Positions 1 through 8,764 of a stretch of DNA of 64,000 nt are shown here, piece by piece. The DNA is from Trueperaceae bacterium (lineage in GTDB: Bacteria > Deinococcota > Deinococci > Deinococcales > Trueperaceae), in NCBI GenBank assembly GCA_965215565.1, contig CBDCDZ010000004.1:4000001-4064000 (forward strand), read 5' to 3'. Within the stretch, counting starts at the first letter, position 1, and each line of letters starts with the position of its first letter. Both the position numbers and the translations under genes were made by a program. A model generated the notes under the pieces. It saw nothing but the letters and a program-made list of their open reading frames with translations, searched no databases and was not told the DNA's origin.

Positions 1-32
1 GACTTCTTGACGTGTCCCCAAGCCTCTTGTTG

Positions 33-54
33 AGGTGCTCGCGCGAGCACCTCT
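33..54 (-). terminator. Hairpin downstream of the SBP gene
   Basis: GAGGTGCTC-GCGC-GAGCACCTC perfect inverted repeat about 20 bp past the stop; no clear U-tract. Confidence 0.4.
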
Positions 55-75
55 TGACCTCGCCCCAAAATATGC

Positions 76-1395
76 TTAGCGACTGTTACGTATAATCGTC
101 TGCAACTCCCGTTGCAAATTCTGCACCGCCTCTTGCCCGTCTACCTCGCCGCGCAGCACGCGGTTAAAGGTTTGGGCGATGCGCTGTGACACGGCCGAGT
201 AGAAAGGTGAGACGGGTCTGACCCGCGCATTTTCCACCGCGTCACGTCCGAGCGAGATGACGGGGACTTCGCCGGTAATCTCTTGGTCTTCGTAGAGAGG
301 TTGCAGTGTCGGTAAGAAGCCACCCTCGAGCGCTCTAAGTTTCTGCTGCTCCGGGTTGGTGGCGAACTGGATAAAGGTCCAGGCTGCCTCCACGTTGTCA
401 GATTGAGCGCTAATCATCAGGTTCCAACCGCCCAAGGTGGCAAAGGTTGGATTACCCTCCTCTACGACGGGAAGTTGGGCAACGCCAACCTGCTCAGGGG
501 AGAGGTTTGAATCAGCAATCAATCCGTAAACATAGGGCCAGTTGCGCATAAAGACCGCGTCGCCCGCTAAAAACGCCTCGTACGCATCCTCTTCGCGAAA
601 GGTGGCGACCTCTTGCGGCGCAACGCCGTCTGCGACGAGGCTCTGCGCGACGTCGAGACCTTGCGCCGAGTCCGCGCTGTCGATGTTGATGACGTTCGGG
701 CTCGTGACGTTTTGCCCGAACGTACCCGCTACCGAGACGTTGCCCGTCAACACGCGCCCTCTCGCGCCCCAAATGAATTCCAGCGCGTTCGCCACGCCGC
801 CTTCATAGGTGTCACCCTGAAAGACGAAGCCGTACTGGGTGTCCGAGTTTTGCGTGATCTGATCTGCCATTTCGCGCAGTTCGTCCCAGGTAGCGGGCGG
901 CTCACTAAAGCCGTTTTGCTCCAAGAGGTCAGCGCGGTAGTACAGCAACCCGGCGTCAGTGAACCAAGGCACACCCCAGATGCGATTTTGGTACGTCGCC
1001 GACTCGAGGGCGGCTTCGACGAACTCACCCCGGTTGTAAGCGCTGTTGAAGCGCCCCGTGATGTCTCTCACCTGGTTGTTGTAGACCAACTCGGCGGTCC
1101 AGACGACGTCCGCGCCGATCACATCGATGTCCGAGGCTTCGGCTAAGAAATCCGATTGGAGTTGCCGCAAATACTCGTCCGTCGAGCGCGGCATTTCCGT
1201 CCACGTGACCTCGATCTCGCCCTGATACTCCTGATTGAAGCGGTCAATAAGCGCTTGCAAGCTGCCCGAGTCGTCCGGTCCGAAGGAGAAGACGATTTGG
1301 GTAGGTCCGCCTTGTGCGTGGACGCTTCCTAACAAAACGAAACAAAGAGCGAGTAAACCGCTGAGCCATTTGCCAGTTTGTTTCAGGTGTTTCAT
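76..1395 (-). CDS. Sugar ABC-type extracellular solute-binding protein (family 1)
   Basis: Signal peptide ending VHA-Q; DVIGADVVWTAE, PWFTDAGLLYYRADLL, FMRNWPY and LGGWNL motifs of trehalose/maltose-type SBPs; AAGGAGG SD. Confidence 0.9.
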   Translation of the reverse strand: MKHLKQTGKWLSGLLALCFVLLGSVHAQGGPTQIVFSFGPDDSGSLQALIDRFNQEYQGEIEVTWTEMPRSTDEYLRQLQSDFLAEASDIDVIGADVVWTAELVYNNQVRDITGRFNSAYNRGEFVEAALESATYQNRIWGVPWFTDAGLLYYRADLLEQNGFSEPPATWDELREMADQITQNSDTQYGFVFQGDTYEGGVANALEFIWGARGRVLTGNVSVAGTFGQNVTSPNVINIDSADSAQGLDVAQSLVADGVAPQEVATFREEDAYEAFLAGDAVFMRNWPYVYGLIADSNLSPEQVGVAQLPVVEEGNPTFATLGGWNLMISAQSDNVEAAWTFIQFATNPEQQKLRALEGGFLPTLQPLYEDQEITGEVPVISLGRDAVENARVRPVSPFYSAVSQRIAQTFNRVLRGEVDGQEAVQNLQRELQTIIRNSR

Positions 1396-1442
1396 CTGTG
1401 CACCCCTTCCTTTAGAGGTCTAGCGACATGCTGGGATAAATT

Positions 1443-1587
1443 GCAGGTCTTCATCTCATCATGGAGGTTAAGCGACGCCCCATCTGACGAGTGCGTTTGT
1501 GACCACCGCCGCTGCGCGGATACTGACGTGAACCGAACGCTAGTGAGACAGATTTTGAAAGTGCCCTGCGAAGCGGGTATACCTGCT
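1443..1587. repeat. Degenerate copy of the GCAGGTATC-ended repeat family
   Basis: Ends GCAGGTCTTCATC ... ATACCTGCT; interior diverged. Confidence 0.4.
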
Positions 1588-1591
1588 TTAC

Positions 1592-3181
1592 TCACCAGAA
1601 CGACCCGACGATAATCGCAGTCAACACAACCAGCGCGATGGACTGATAGCGGTAGTTGAGATACCAGGGCACGTCGGCCAAGTCTTTGGTCTCCTGCCGC
1701 CAAATTTTGGGTTTCCAGACCAGGTCTTCCGTCTTTTCGACGGGCTCGGGCTCGGTGGCTAAGCTGATGCCCACGAAGAGGACGAGGCTGATGACGAGCG
1801 AAATCCCTGAGGCGTAGAGGAACTGAATGGTGAAGACACCCATAATCTCGTTGAGGATGAAGAAGACGATACCTAAAGGCACCATGATGGCGAGCGTCCA
1901 GAATGCGCCGTGACGGTTGCCGCGCTGCCAGGAGATACCGACTAAAAAGAGCACCACGATGGGCGGCACCGCGTAGGCGAGCACCGACTGAAAGTATTGC
2001 CAGAGCGTCGGGAAGCGCTGAATCTGCGGAGCCCAGAAGATGGCGACGGTCATGACGATGCCGGTGGTGATGCGCCCGATAAGGACCAACATGCGGTCAC
2101 TGGTGTCGGGGCGAAAGGTCTTGACGTAGTCCATCGTGACCAAAGTTGAGGCGGAGTTGAGGACGGAATCGACGCTCGAGGTAATCGCCGCCACGAGCGC
2201 TGCCAAAATCACCCCGCGCAAGCCAATCGGCAAGAGGTCAAAAGCCAGCGTCGGGAAGGCGAGGTCGGGGCTGGCGAGGTCAGGGTAAAGCACGATGGCC
2301 ATTACGCCGGGCAACACCATAATGAACAAGATCGGCAGCTTGAGAAAGCCCGCAAAGAGTGAGCCCCAGCGTCCGTGGTTGAGGTTTTTTGCGCCCAGGG
2401 TGCGCTGCACGATGAGTTGGTTCGTCGTCCAGAAGTAGATGCCGATAATCAGCACCCCGGTGAAGAGTCCAGGCCACGGCAGAGCGGGGTCAGAGATCGG
2501 CTGGATGATGCTCAGCGCCCCTTCGGGCGCAGCCTCGACCATCTCGCGCCACGAGGGTATCTCGAGCAGCGTCATAATAAAGACAATAGTGCCCCCAATA
2601 ATCAGCACCACCGCCTGAATCGAGTCGCTGATGACTACTGCGCCCAGCCCGCCGAAGATGGTGTAAACCCCTGCCAAGAGCGCCAATACGAGGATGTGAC
2701 CCCACAGGGGGACCGCCGGAAAGAGGGTCACGCCGACCAGCCCGCCCGCGTAGAGCGCCCCCGCACAATCTAAAAACATACTTAAAAAGATCAAGAAGCC
2801 CGAAAATGCCAAACGTGAGCGCCTATCGTAGCGCTCCTCCAAAAATTGCGGCATGGTGAAGACTTCGCTTCGGAGGTAGAAGGGCAGGATAAAAAAGACA
2901 AATAGGATGAGGATAATCGCCGCCATCCACTCGTAGGAATAGACCGAAATCCCCGAGTTGTAGCCCGCTCCAGCGAGCCCGACGAACGACGCCCCCGACA
3001 TGTTGGTGGCAAAGAGAGAAAAGCCAATCAAGGGCCAGGTGAAGTTGCGCCCCCCCAAGAAATACCCATCGCTGTCATCGCTGCCGCCCCTATTGAGCCA
3101 GAGCGGGATAAGGCGGCTCAAAATGAGATAACCAACCAAAATACCGATGTCGAGCCCTGTGATGTCGAATCTTTCGGACAT
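1592..3181 (-). CDS. Sodium:solute symporter (SGLT/SSS family)
   Basis: YFLGGR, SLFATNMS, FTMPQFLEERY, QRTLGAK motifs; about 14 TM segments. Confidence 0.93.
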   Translation of the reverse strand: MSERFDITGLDIGILVGYLILSRLIPLWLNRGGSDDSDGYFLGGRNFTWPLIGFSLFATNMSGASFVGLAGAGYNSGISVYSYEWMAAIILILFVFFILPFYLRSEVFTMPQFLEERYDRRSRLAFSGFLIFLSMFLDCAGALYAGGLVGVTLFPAVPLWGHILVLALLAGVYTIFGGLGAVVISDSIQAVVLIIGGTIVFIMTLLEIPSWREMVEAAPEGALSIIQPISDPALPWPGLFTGVLIIGIYFWTTNQLIVQRTLGAKNLNHGRWGSLFAGFLKLPILFIMVLPGVMAIVLYPDLASPDLAFPTLAFDLLPIGLRGVILAALVAAITSSVDSVLNSASTLVTMDYVKTFRPDTSDRMLVLIGRITTGIVMTVAIFWAPQIQRFPTLWQYFQSVLAYAVPPIVVLFLVGISWQRGNRHGAFWTLAIMVPLGIVFFILNEIMGVFTIQFLYASGISLVISLVLFVGISLATEPEPVEKTEDLVWKPKIWRQETKDLADVPWYLNYRYQSIALVVLTAIIVGSFW

Positions 3182-3562
3182 ACAGATTCCTCCCCTCGAG
3201 AGACCCCTAAGACATCGAAAAGATCACGTTGGGTTAGAAGCCACCTACGTTGAGTTGCAAACTTACCGGGAGTATACGCACCCGCAATAGAAAAAGCAAC
3301 CCCATCAATTAGGTTGCTCAAAAGGTGGAGAAAAACTGCTAGAAGGTTGGAAAGTTCGGTCTGCTGACAAAGGTCAATCGGGCGAATTCGTTTGGTTTTT
3401 TAGGCCTCGAGCCCAACTTCTTGAAAACACCGTCGGTGAGCACTGAACTAGGGCTCTCGAGCTTAGCTGACTGTAGCATTCTCGTATGACGCTGCAGGAT
3501 TCAGGAACGGAAGACCGGCGAGGCGGACCCGAGTGTCCTACCGTTTGGAAAGCAACTAAGGT

Positions 3563-3593
3563 AAAAGGGCGCTATTAATTAAGCGCCCTTTTT
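3563..3593. terminator. Bidirectional intrinsic terminator
   Basis: AAAAGGGCGCT-loop-AGCGCCCTTTTT downstream of usp. Confidence 0.75.
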
Positions 3594-3642
3594 AGGTGTC
3601 GTGAAATGGCTCGAGCTAAGAGGTGATTCGTCTTAATCCTCG

Positions 3643-4083
3643 CTAGTCCTCCCTGCGCACCACTAAAACGGAGCAAGGCGCGTGCCGCACGATGCTCTCG
3701 GCGTCGTTGCCCAAAAGGATGCGCGAGGTGGCGCTCTGCTTGCGGCTGCCGATGACGATCATGTCCACCTCCAACTCGTCGCTGAGCCTCAGCACTTCGC
3801 CGTCCACGTCACCCAGTCTCAAGTGGGACTGCGTCACGCTCCCGCCCAAGTCCTCGATCTCTTTTTTGTTGTTGTCCAGGCGTATCTGCGCCCTGTCTTT
3901 GAACTTCTCCAACTGTCCCGGCGACATCGGCTCAAAGTGCGCACCGTAGTAGAGGATGCCGACGTGAACCACATGCAACTCCGCTCCGAAGCCGTTCGCC
4001 AACTCAACCGCTGTATTGATGGAGGGGGAAGGACCTTCATAACCGTCGATGGCAAGCAGGATTTTCTTCGGAGGAATGCTCAT
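3643..4083 (-). CDS. Universal stress protein (UspA family)
   Basis: KILLAIDG ... DMIVIGSR ... LLGNDAESIVRHAPCSVLVVR; start moved to the ATG at 4083 after AAAAGGAG. Confidence 0.92.
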   Translation of the reverse strand: MSIPPKKILLAIDGYEGPSPSINTAVELANGFGAELHVVHVGILYYGAHFEPMSPGQLEKFKDRAQIRLDNNKKEIEDLGGSVTQSHLRLGDVDGEVLRLSDELEVDMIVIGSRKQSATSRILLGNDAESIVRHAPCSVLVVRRED

Positions 4084-4384
4084 AGGGTGACGCTCCTTTT
4101 CGTTTGCGCTTAGCCAAGCCCGAGCCCTGTCCGACGTCATGCCACTCGAGTCTTTGCCCGACACTATAGCAGACACCTTTCGGCGGGCTAATGTGTCTAG
4201 GCTTGCTATTGGACTTTTACCACCGAGGCGAAAAAAGCAGCATCTCAGCTAGTCAGGAAAAAAGCTAAAATCCAGTCAAGCTGGTGTATGTAAATTCTTG
4301 CGAAGCCCTAAAGGATTTCCTGCGGTCACAAGCAAACGGTTCGACAAAGTCAAAACTTGCGTGAGCTGACTATCTGATATAATC

Positions 4385-4517
4385 GCAGGTATCACCTGGT
4401 CAGCTACACTCTTACTAAAGAGAACATCGCCTAGCACGCACTTTCAGGGATGAGATTCCGCTATTGCTGCGCAATGAGATCTGCGGAGAAGTGTAACAAC
4501 GATAAGTGGAACTGATA
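4385..4517 (+). repeat. Dispersed structured repeat family 1 (MITE-like or ncRNA), copy A
   Basis: GCAGGTATCACCTGGTCAG...TAGCACGCACTTT...GCGGAGAAGTGTA...GATAAGTGGAACTG aligns with the reverse complement of 8575-8703. Confidence 0.85.
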
Positions 4518-4743
4518 TAGGTTAGAGCAAAGCTCAAAGCTTCTCCCGAAGGTGCGCTTTATCCTGCGAAGCAAGGACTTGCGCGTTGGCCAACGAAGCT
4601 ACGCAAACGAAGTTTCCCCTCCCGATTACACTGTTTTCGCAAAGGCGAAAGGGAAACTTCGTAACCGGGAACTATGTGCTTCATCTATACTGAGATGCTG
4701 ACTCCCTCAAGACCACCCTCGGCAAATGCGTTATCCTACCCCC

Positions 4744-5514
4744 ATGAAATCTACGCGAACTCCCCTGATGGCAGCCAACTGGAAGATGAACAAGCTCCCG
4801 AGCGAAGCCGAAGGTTGGGCGAACACCTTTAAGGACCGCCTCACGCACGTCGATAACTTTGACAATGTGGATGTGGTGCTGTGCGCGCCTTTCCCCCACC
4901 TCACGCTCTTACACACCATCCTCACGGACAGCCCCGCCGAGCTGGGCGCGGAGGACGTGAGCGCGTATGAGTCGGGCGCGTACACGGGCGAAGTTTCAGC
5001 GGCGATGCTCAAAGATGTGGGCGTGACGTACGTCATCATAGGGCATTCAGAGCGGCGCGCGTATCACGCCGAAGATGACGATCTGGTCCGTGAAAAGATG
5101 AACATCGCCCTAGAGCACGGGCTCAAGCCGATTCTCTGCGTGGGCGAAACTGAGGAGCAGCGTGACGAGGGTAAGGCGAAAGAGGTTGTGCTAGACCAAC
5201 TCAAAGCGGACTTGCGAGACCTCTCTATGAGCAGCGCGGACGCCTTCGCTGTCGCTTACGAACCCGTCTGGGCAATTGGCACGGGCAAAACAGCCACAGC
5301 GGACGACGCCCAGGAGATGTGCGCGGAGATTCGGCGTGCGCTCCGTGACCTCTTGCCTGACGTTGCCGAAGAGGTGCGCATCGTCTACGGCGGCTCGATG
5401 AAGCCTAACAACGCCGACGAGCTTTTAGCGCAAGAGGATATTGATGGGGGCTTAGTCGGCGGCGCGAGCTTGGAGGTGGACTCCTTTATCCAACTTGTCG
5501 AGGCGGCTAAGTGA
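4744..5514 (+). CDS. tpiA: Triosephosphate isomerase
   Basis: ANWKMN, IGHSERR, AYEPVWAIGTG, YGGS, GGLVGGASL; likely leaderless (TATCCT 6 bp before the ATG at 4744). Confidence 0.97.
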   Translation: MKSTRTPLMAANWKMNKLPSEAEGWANTFKDRLTHVDNFDNVDVVLCAPFPHLTLLHTILTDSPAELGAEDVSAYESGAYTGEVSAAMLKDVGVTYVIIGHSERRAYHAEDDDLVREKMNIALEHGLKPILCVGETEEQRDEGKAKEVVLDQLKADLRDLSMSSADAFAVAYEPVWAIGTGKTATADDAQEMCAEIRRALRDLLPDVAEEVRIVYGGSMKPNNADELLAQEDIDGGLVGGASLEVDSFIQLVEAAK

Positions 5515-6563
5515 GCGCAATCGACACGCTGAGAGAAAAATTCAGCGAGTTAGAGGTGGACGCGCTCCTCGTAACGCAACCTGCGAATGTGCGCTACTTG
5601 TCAGGCTTCAAGACGCCCGAAGACGGGCGCGTGCTCATCACCGAGGACTTCGCGGTGCTGATTACGGACGGGCGTTACATCGCGCAAGCGGCGGAAGAGT
5701 CTAGGCTCAACGTCGAAATTGCCGAGCAGAACTGGCTAGAGGATGTCGCCGAGCGCATCGGCGAGCGTCGCGTCGCGCTGGAGAGTGACCACGTTACGCA
5801 CGCTTTATTCAACAAGATGGCGGAGAAGTTAGCGCGTGAACCCGCCCCGTCCGAAGGGCTCGTCGGTGAACTCAGGCTGCGCAAAACGCCGCAGGAGATC
5901 GAGACCTTGCGGCAGGCGGCGCGAGTCACTGACGAGGCGTATTCGCATATTTTGAACTTCATAGGGGCGGGGCAGCAAGAACTCGAGGTAGCCCTAGAGT
6001 TAGAGCGCTTCATGCGGCGAGCGGGCGCGGAGACGAAGAGCTTCGAAATCATCGTGGCGAGCGGCGTGCGGAGCGCGATGCCCCACGGCGTCGCCTCGCA
6101 AAAGGTCATCGAACGGGGTGACCTGGTCACGCTCGACTTCGGCGCGCGGGTGGACGGTTACCACGCCGATATGACCAGGGCGGTCGCCATCGGCGAGATT
6201 GGCGGCGAACTAAGAACCATGTTCGATACGGTTTTAGAGGCGCAGGAGACTGCGCTGCACGCCCTCGCACCCGGCAAAGACGGGCGCGACATCGACGCGC
6301 TAGCGAGAGAGGTCTTGAGCGCCAAAAACCTAGAGGAGCACTTTCCGCACGGCTTGGGGCACGGCGTCGGTTTGCAGATTCACGAGGGACCGCGCCTCTC
6401 GAAGCGCGTCTCGCAGACCTTGGAGCCGGGTATGGCAGTCACAGTCGAGCCGGGCGTCTACATCCCCGACAAGGGCGGCGTGCGCATCGAGGACTTGGCG
6501 GTCATCACGGAGGGCGGTTACGAGCGGCTTTCGCACAGCGATAAGTCGTTCGTACAGATTTGA
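5511..6563 (+). CDS. Xaa-Pro aminopeptidase (M24 family)
   Basis: Creatinase N-domain with TDGRY; DFGA, DMTR, HGLGHGVGLQIHE, TVEPG, GVRIED metal ligands. Confidence 0.93.
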   Translation: MSAIDTLREKFSELEVDALLVTQPANVRYLSGFKTPEDGRVLITEDFAVLITDGRYIAQAAEESRLNVEIAEQNWLEDVAERIGERRVALESDHVTHALFNKMAEKLAREPAPSEGLVGELRLRKTPQEIETLRQAARVTDEAYSHILNFIGAGQQELEVALELERFMRRAGAETKSFEIIVASGVRSAMPHGVASQKVIERGDLVTLDFGARVDGYHADMTRAVAIGEIGGELRTMFDTVLEAQETALHALAPGKDGRDIDALAREVLSAKNLEEHFPHGLGHGVGLQIHEGPRLSKRVSQTLEPGMAVTVEPGVYIPDKGGVRIEDLAVITEGGYERLSHSDKSFVQI

Positions 6564-6719
6564 TTTTGCGCGGGTGTGATGTCGCTGCGCGCGTCGGATG
6601 AGGCGGAGGACTGTAGGGTATGCTCCGCTCACCGGGCTGAGCGTGCTTCTATACTGCTTTAACCGCTAGAATGGAACTGCTCAACCGGTGACGCAACCTA
6701 GGGCTGGAAAGAGGTGAAG

Positions 6720-7073
6720 ATGAAAAGGATAGGTATTGGACTGCTGAGCCTCCTCATGTTGGCGGGATGCGCGAGCGGACCGGAGCAAACGCTTTCAGAA
6801 GAGTTAAACGACGCGCGCGCGTCGTTTAACGCGCTCGAGACCCGCGCCGAAGAGGTGGTAGAGCGTAGCGGCGAGCTGGAGCGGCGCAACAACACGCTCA
6901 GCCAGGAGAACGAGCAACTGAGCGCGCGCGCCGAAACGCTGAGCGCCCAAAATGAGCAGCTTACCGAGGAGAATAGGCGGCTCGAGCAGCAGTTAGAGCA
7001 GGTTTCGGGCGCACTCCGCAACGCGGTCAGCAGCCTTAACGAAACCGAGAACGCGCCCTCCGAGGGCGAATGA
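6720..7073 (+). CDS. Coiled-coil lipoprotein
   Basis: Lipobox LAGC, then a long heptad pattern (LSQENEQLSARAETLSAQNEQL); GAGGTG SD. Confidence 0.8.
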   Translation: MKRIGIGLLSLLMLAGCASGPEQTLSEELNDARASFNALETRAEEVVERSGELERRNNTLSQENEQLSARAETLSAQNEQLTEENRRLEQQLEQVSGALRNAVSSLNETENAPSEGE

Positions 7074-7178
7074 GCGGGCGAGTCTATATTTCAGTACCCC
7101 AAGTGTGACGAGCACTCCTCTTATTGTAAGTCACATTTCATATACTCGGTGCGAAACCCCTAGTACGAAGGAGAGGTC

Positions 7179-7430
7179 ATGATGAAACGAGCCCTAACAG
7201 CTTCCTCAGTTCTTATCGTGTTGCTGCTCGCCGCTTGCGACACGGACTCCACCATCCAACAGCTCGCGACGGAGAATCAGGAACTGCGCAATGAGGTCCA
7301 GCGTATCGTAGAGGTCAATGAGGAGTTGCAGACGCAGACCCAAGAGATTTCGCGCATCATCAACGAGCTTCAGTTGAGTATCGATGACCTTAACGTAACG
7401 GGCGGCGCGACTGGCGGTAGCTCAGACTAA
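7179..7430 (+). CDS. Small coiled-coil lipoprotein with TGGATGGSSD tail
   Basis: Lipobox LAAC, heptads, AAGGAG SD. Confidence 0.8.
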   Translation: MMKRALTASSVLIVLLLAACDTDSTIQQLATENQELRNEVQRIVEVNEELQTQTQEISRIINELQLSIDDLNVTGGATGGSSD

Positions 7431-7447
7431 CTACCGCTCAAGCCGTG

Positions 7448-7494
7448 AAGAGCAGGAGAGCGTAGGCACTGCCGCCTGCGCTCTCCTGCTCTTT
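7448..7494 (+). terminator. Intrinsic terminator
   Basis: AAGAGCAGGAGAGCG...CGCTCTCCTGCTCTTT long stem followed by Ts. Confidence 0.7.
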
Positions 7495-7557
7495 ACTGCT
7501 TTCTCTGCTCACTATTTTTCTACTACCTTTTCAGACCGGACGCTCGGCGGCTTCATA

Positions 7558-7705
7558 TAGCACTTCCGAGACATACTGAGACAGAACGCCGCAGATCTCT
7601 GTCCGCAAGGACTAGCGGGATTTCATCTCCGAAAGTGGGTGCTCATCAATGTTCTCTACAGTGAGAGTGTTGCTTCGCGCACTCAAACCAGACGATACCT
7701 GCTCA
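7558..7705 (-). repeat. Repeat family 1, copy D
   Basis: Shares an identical 37-bp block GCAGATCTCTGTCCGCAAGGACTAGCGGGATTTCATC with 29161-29197; ends GATACCTGCT. Confidence 0.9.
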
Positions 7706-7812
7706 TACTTCTCTATCCTCACGTTAAAGTGGTATATACTCAGGACGTGAGATTTGTTACATTTCGTTCCTTACCGCTTATTAGTCAAACGAAGGGGTAC
7801 CGAGGGGGTTCT

Positions 7813-8319
7813 ATGAGAGCAGCACTCGTCGTCGTCATGTCGCTAGGTTTAGCTGCCTGCGGCTCGGACAGGGCGCTAGAGGAGCAGCGTCAATCTTTCG
7901 AAGGGCAAATAAGTTCGCTGCAGGAGCGCGTCTCGAGTCTGGAGAGCGAGCGTCAAGATTTGCAGCAGGAGTTGGGCACGAGCTTAGAGGAGGAATACAG
8001 CTTCGTCACGGCGCAGATCGCGGACTTGCGCGTGCAAGTCCAGGCGCTCGAGGTGCGCCGCGACGAACTCCGCACAGAACTCCAGGCTGCGGGCATCGAG
8101 GTTGCGCCGCTAGAGACTGGCGGACAGACGGGCGGCGCAGCGGAGCTGATCGAGAGGTTAGAAGGCGCACTCGGTAGCGGCGGTCTGCAGGAGAGTACGG
8201 GGGGCGCTATAGACGTGACGGGGGGACTGCTCGAGACGGGCGGCGCGGCGGAAAGTACATCGGAAGAGGGCAGTGAAATGGGGGGCGAGATGGGGAGCGA
8301 GACGGGCGGCTCGGACTGA
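7813..8319 (+). CDS. Coiled-coil lipoprotein with repeated TGG motifs
   Basis: Start at ATG 7813 after GAGGGGG; lipobox LAAC; heptads; tail ETGGQTGG...STGG...VTGG...ETGG...ETGGSD. Confidence 0.8.
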   Translation: MRAALVVVMSLGLAACGSDRALEEQRQSFEGQISSLQERVSSLESERQDLQQELGTSLEEEYSFVTAQIADLRVQVQALEVRRDELRTELQAAGIEVAPLETGGQTGGAAELIERLEGALGSGGLQESTGGAIDVTGGLLETGGAAESTSEEGSEMGGEMGSETGGSD

Positions 8320-8376
8320 GCGTTTTTTGGTGATGGTCCTATTTGGGATGACATGCTGGAATGATAGAGATGCCAA

Positions 8377-8400
8377 AACAAGGGGTTCCAACCCCTTGTT
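8377..8400. repeat. REP-like palindrome
   Basis: AACAAGGGGTT-CC-AACCCCTTGTT perfect inverted repeat. Confidence 0.55.
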
Positions 8401-8574
8401 GAAATTCTAGAGCCGCTGCCCATCCCTTCTCGAAATCTGCAAGCTTTATGAGGTATCTCTACATCACCTCCGCAGAACTTAAAAAAGTGAGAGGTCGCGT
8501 GCTGCTCCCTTAATCGTAAGCAGTCTTCTAACTGCGCAGCGCAGTTTTCGCGCATACTCTAGTGATGGTAGAGA

Positions 8575-8703
8575 TAGCAGTTCCACTTATCATTGCTACA
8601 CTTCTCCGCAAATATCATCACCTAAAGTGCGTGCTAATTACGAAGTTTTCCGAAGGAAACGATGTTCTTTTTAGTGAGAGTGCTGACCAGATGATACCTG
8701 CTA
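8575..8703 (-). repeat. Repeat family 1, copy B
   Basis: TAGCAGTTCCAC...CTGACCAGATGATACCTGCTA; TAGCAG/CTGCTA terminal IR. Confidence 0.9.
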
Positions 8704-8764
8704 AGATAAGTCAGAGCGTTGAGCCGTCCCTAAGAGGTCGCCGCGAGCCCGCAGGAAACCACCC

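Noticed and set aside
3486..3578. 30-codon ORF after a TAGCAT box
   Set aside because: No recognisable homology and it runs into the terminator; cannot be supported
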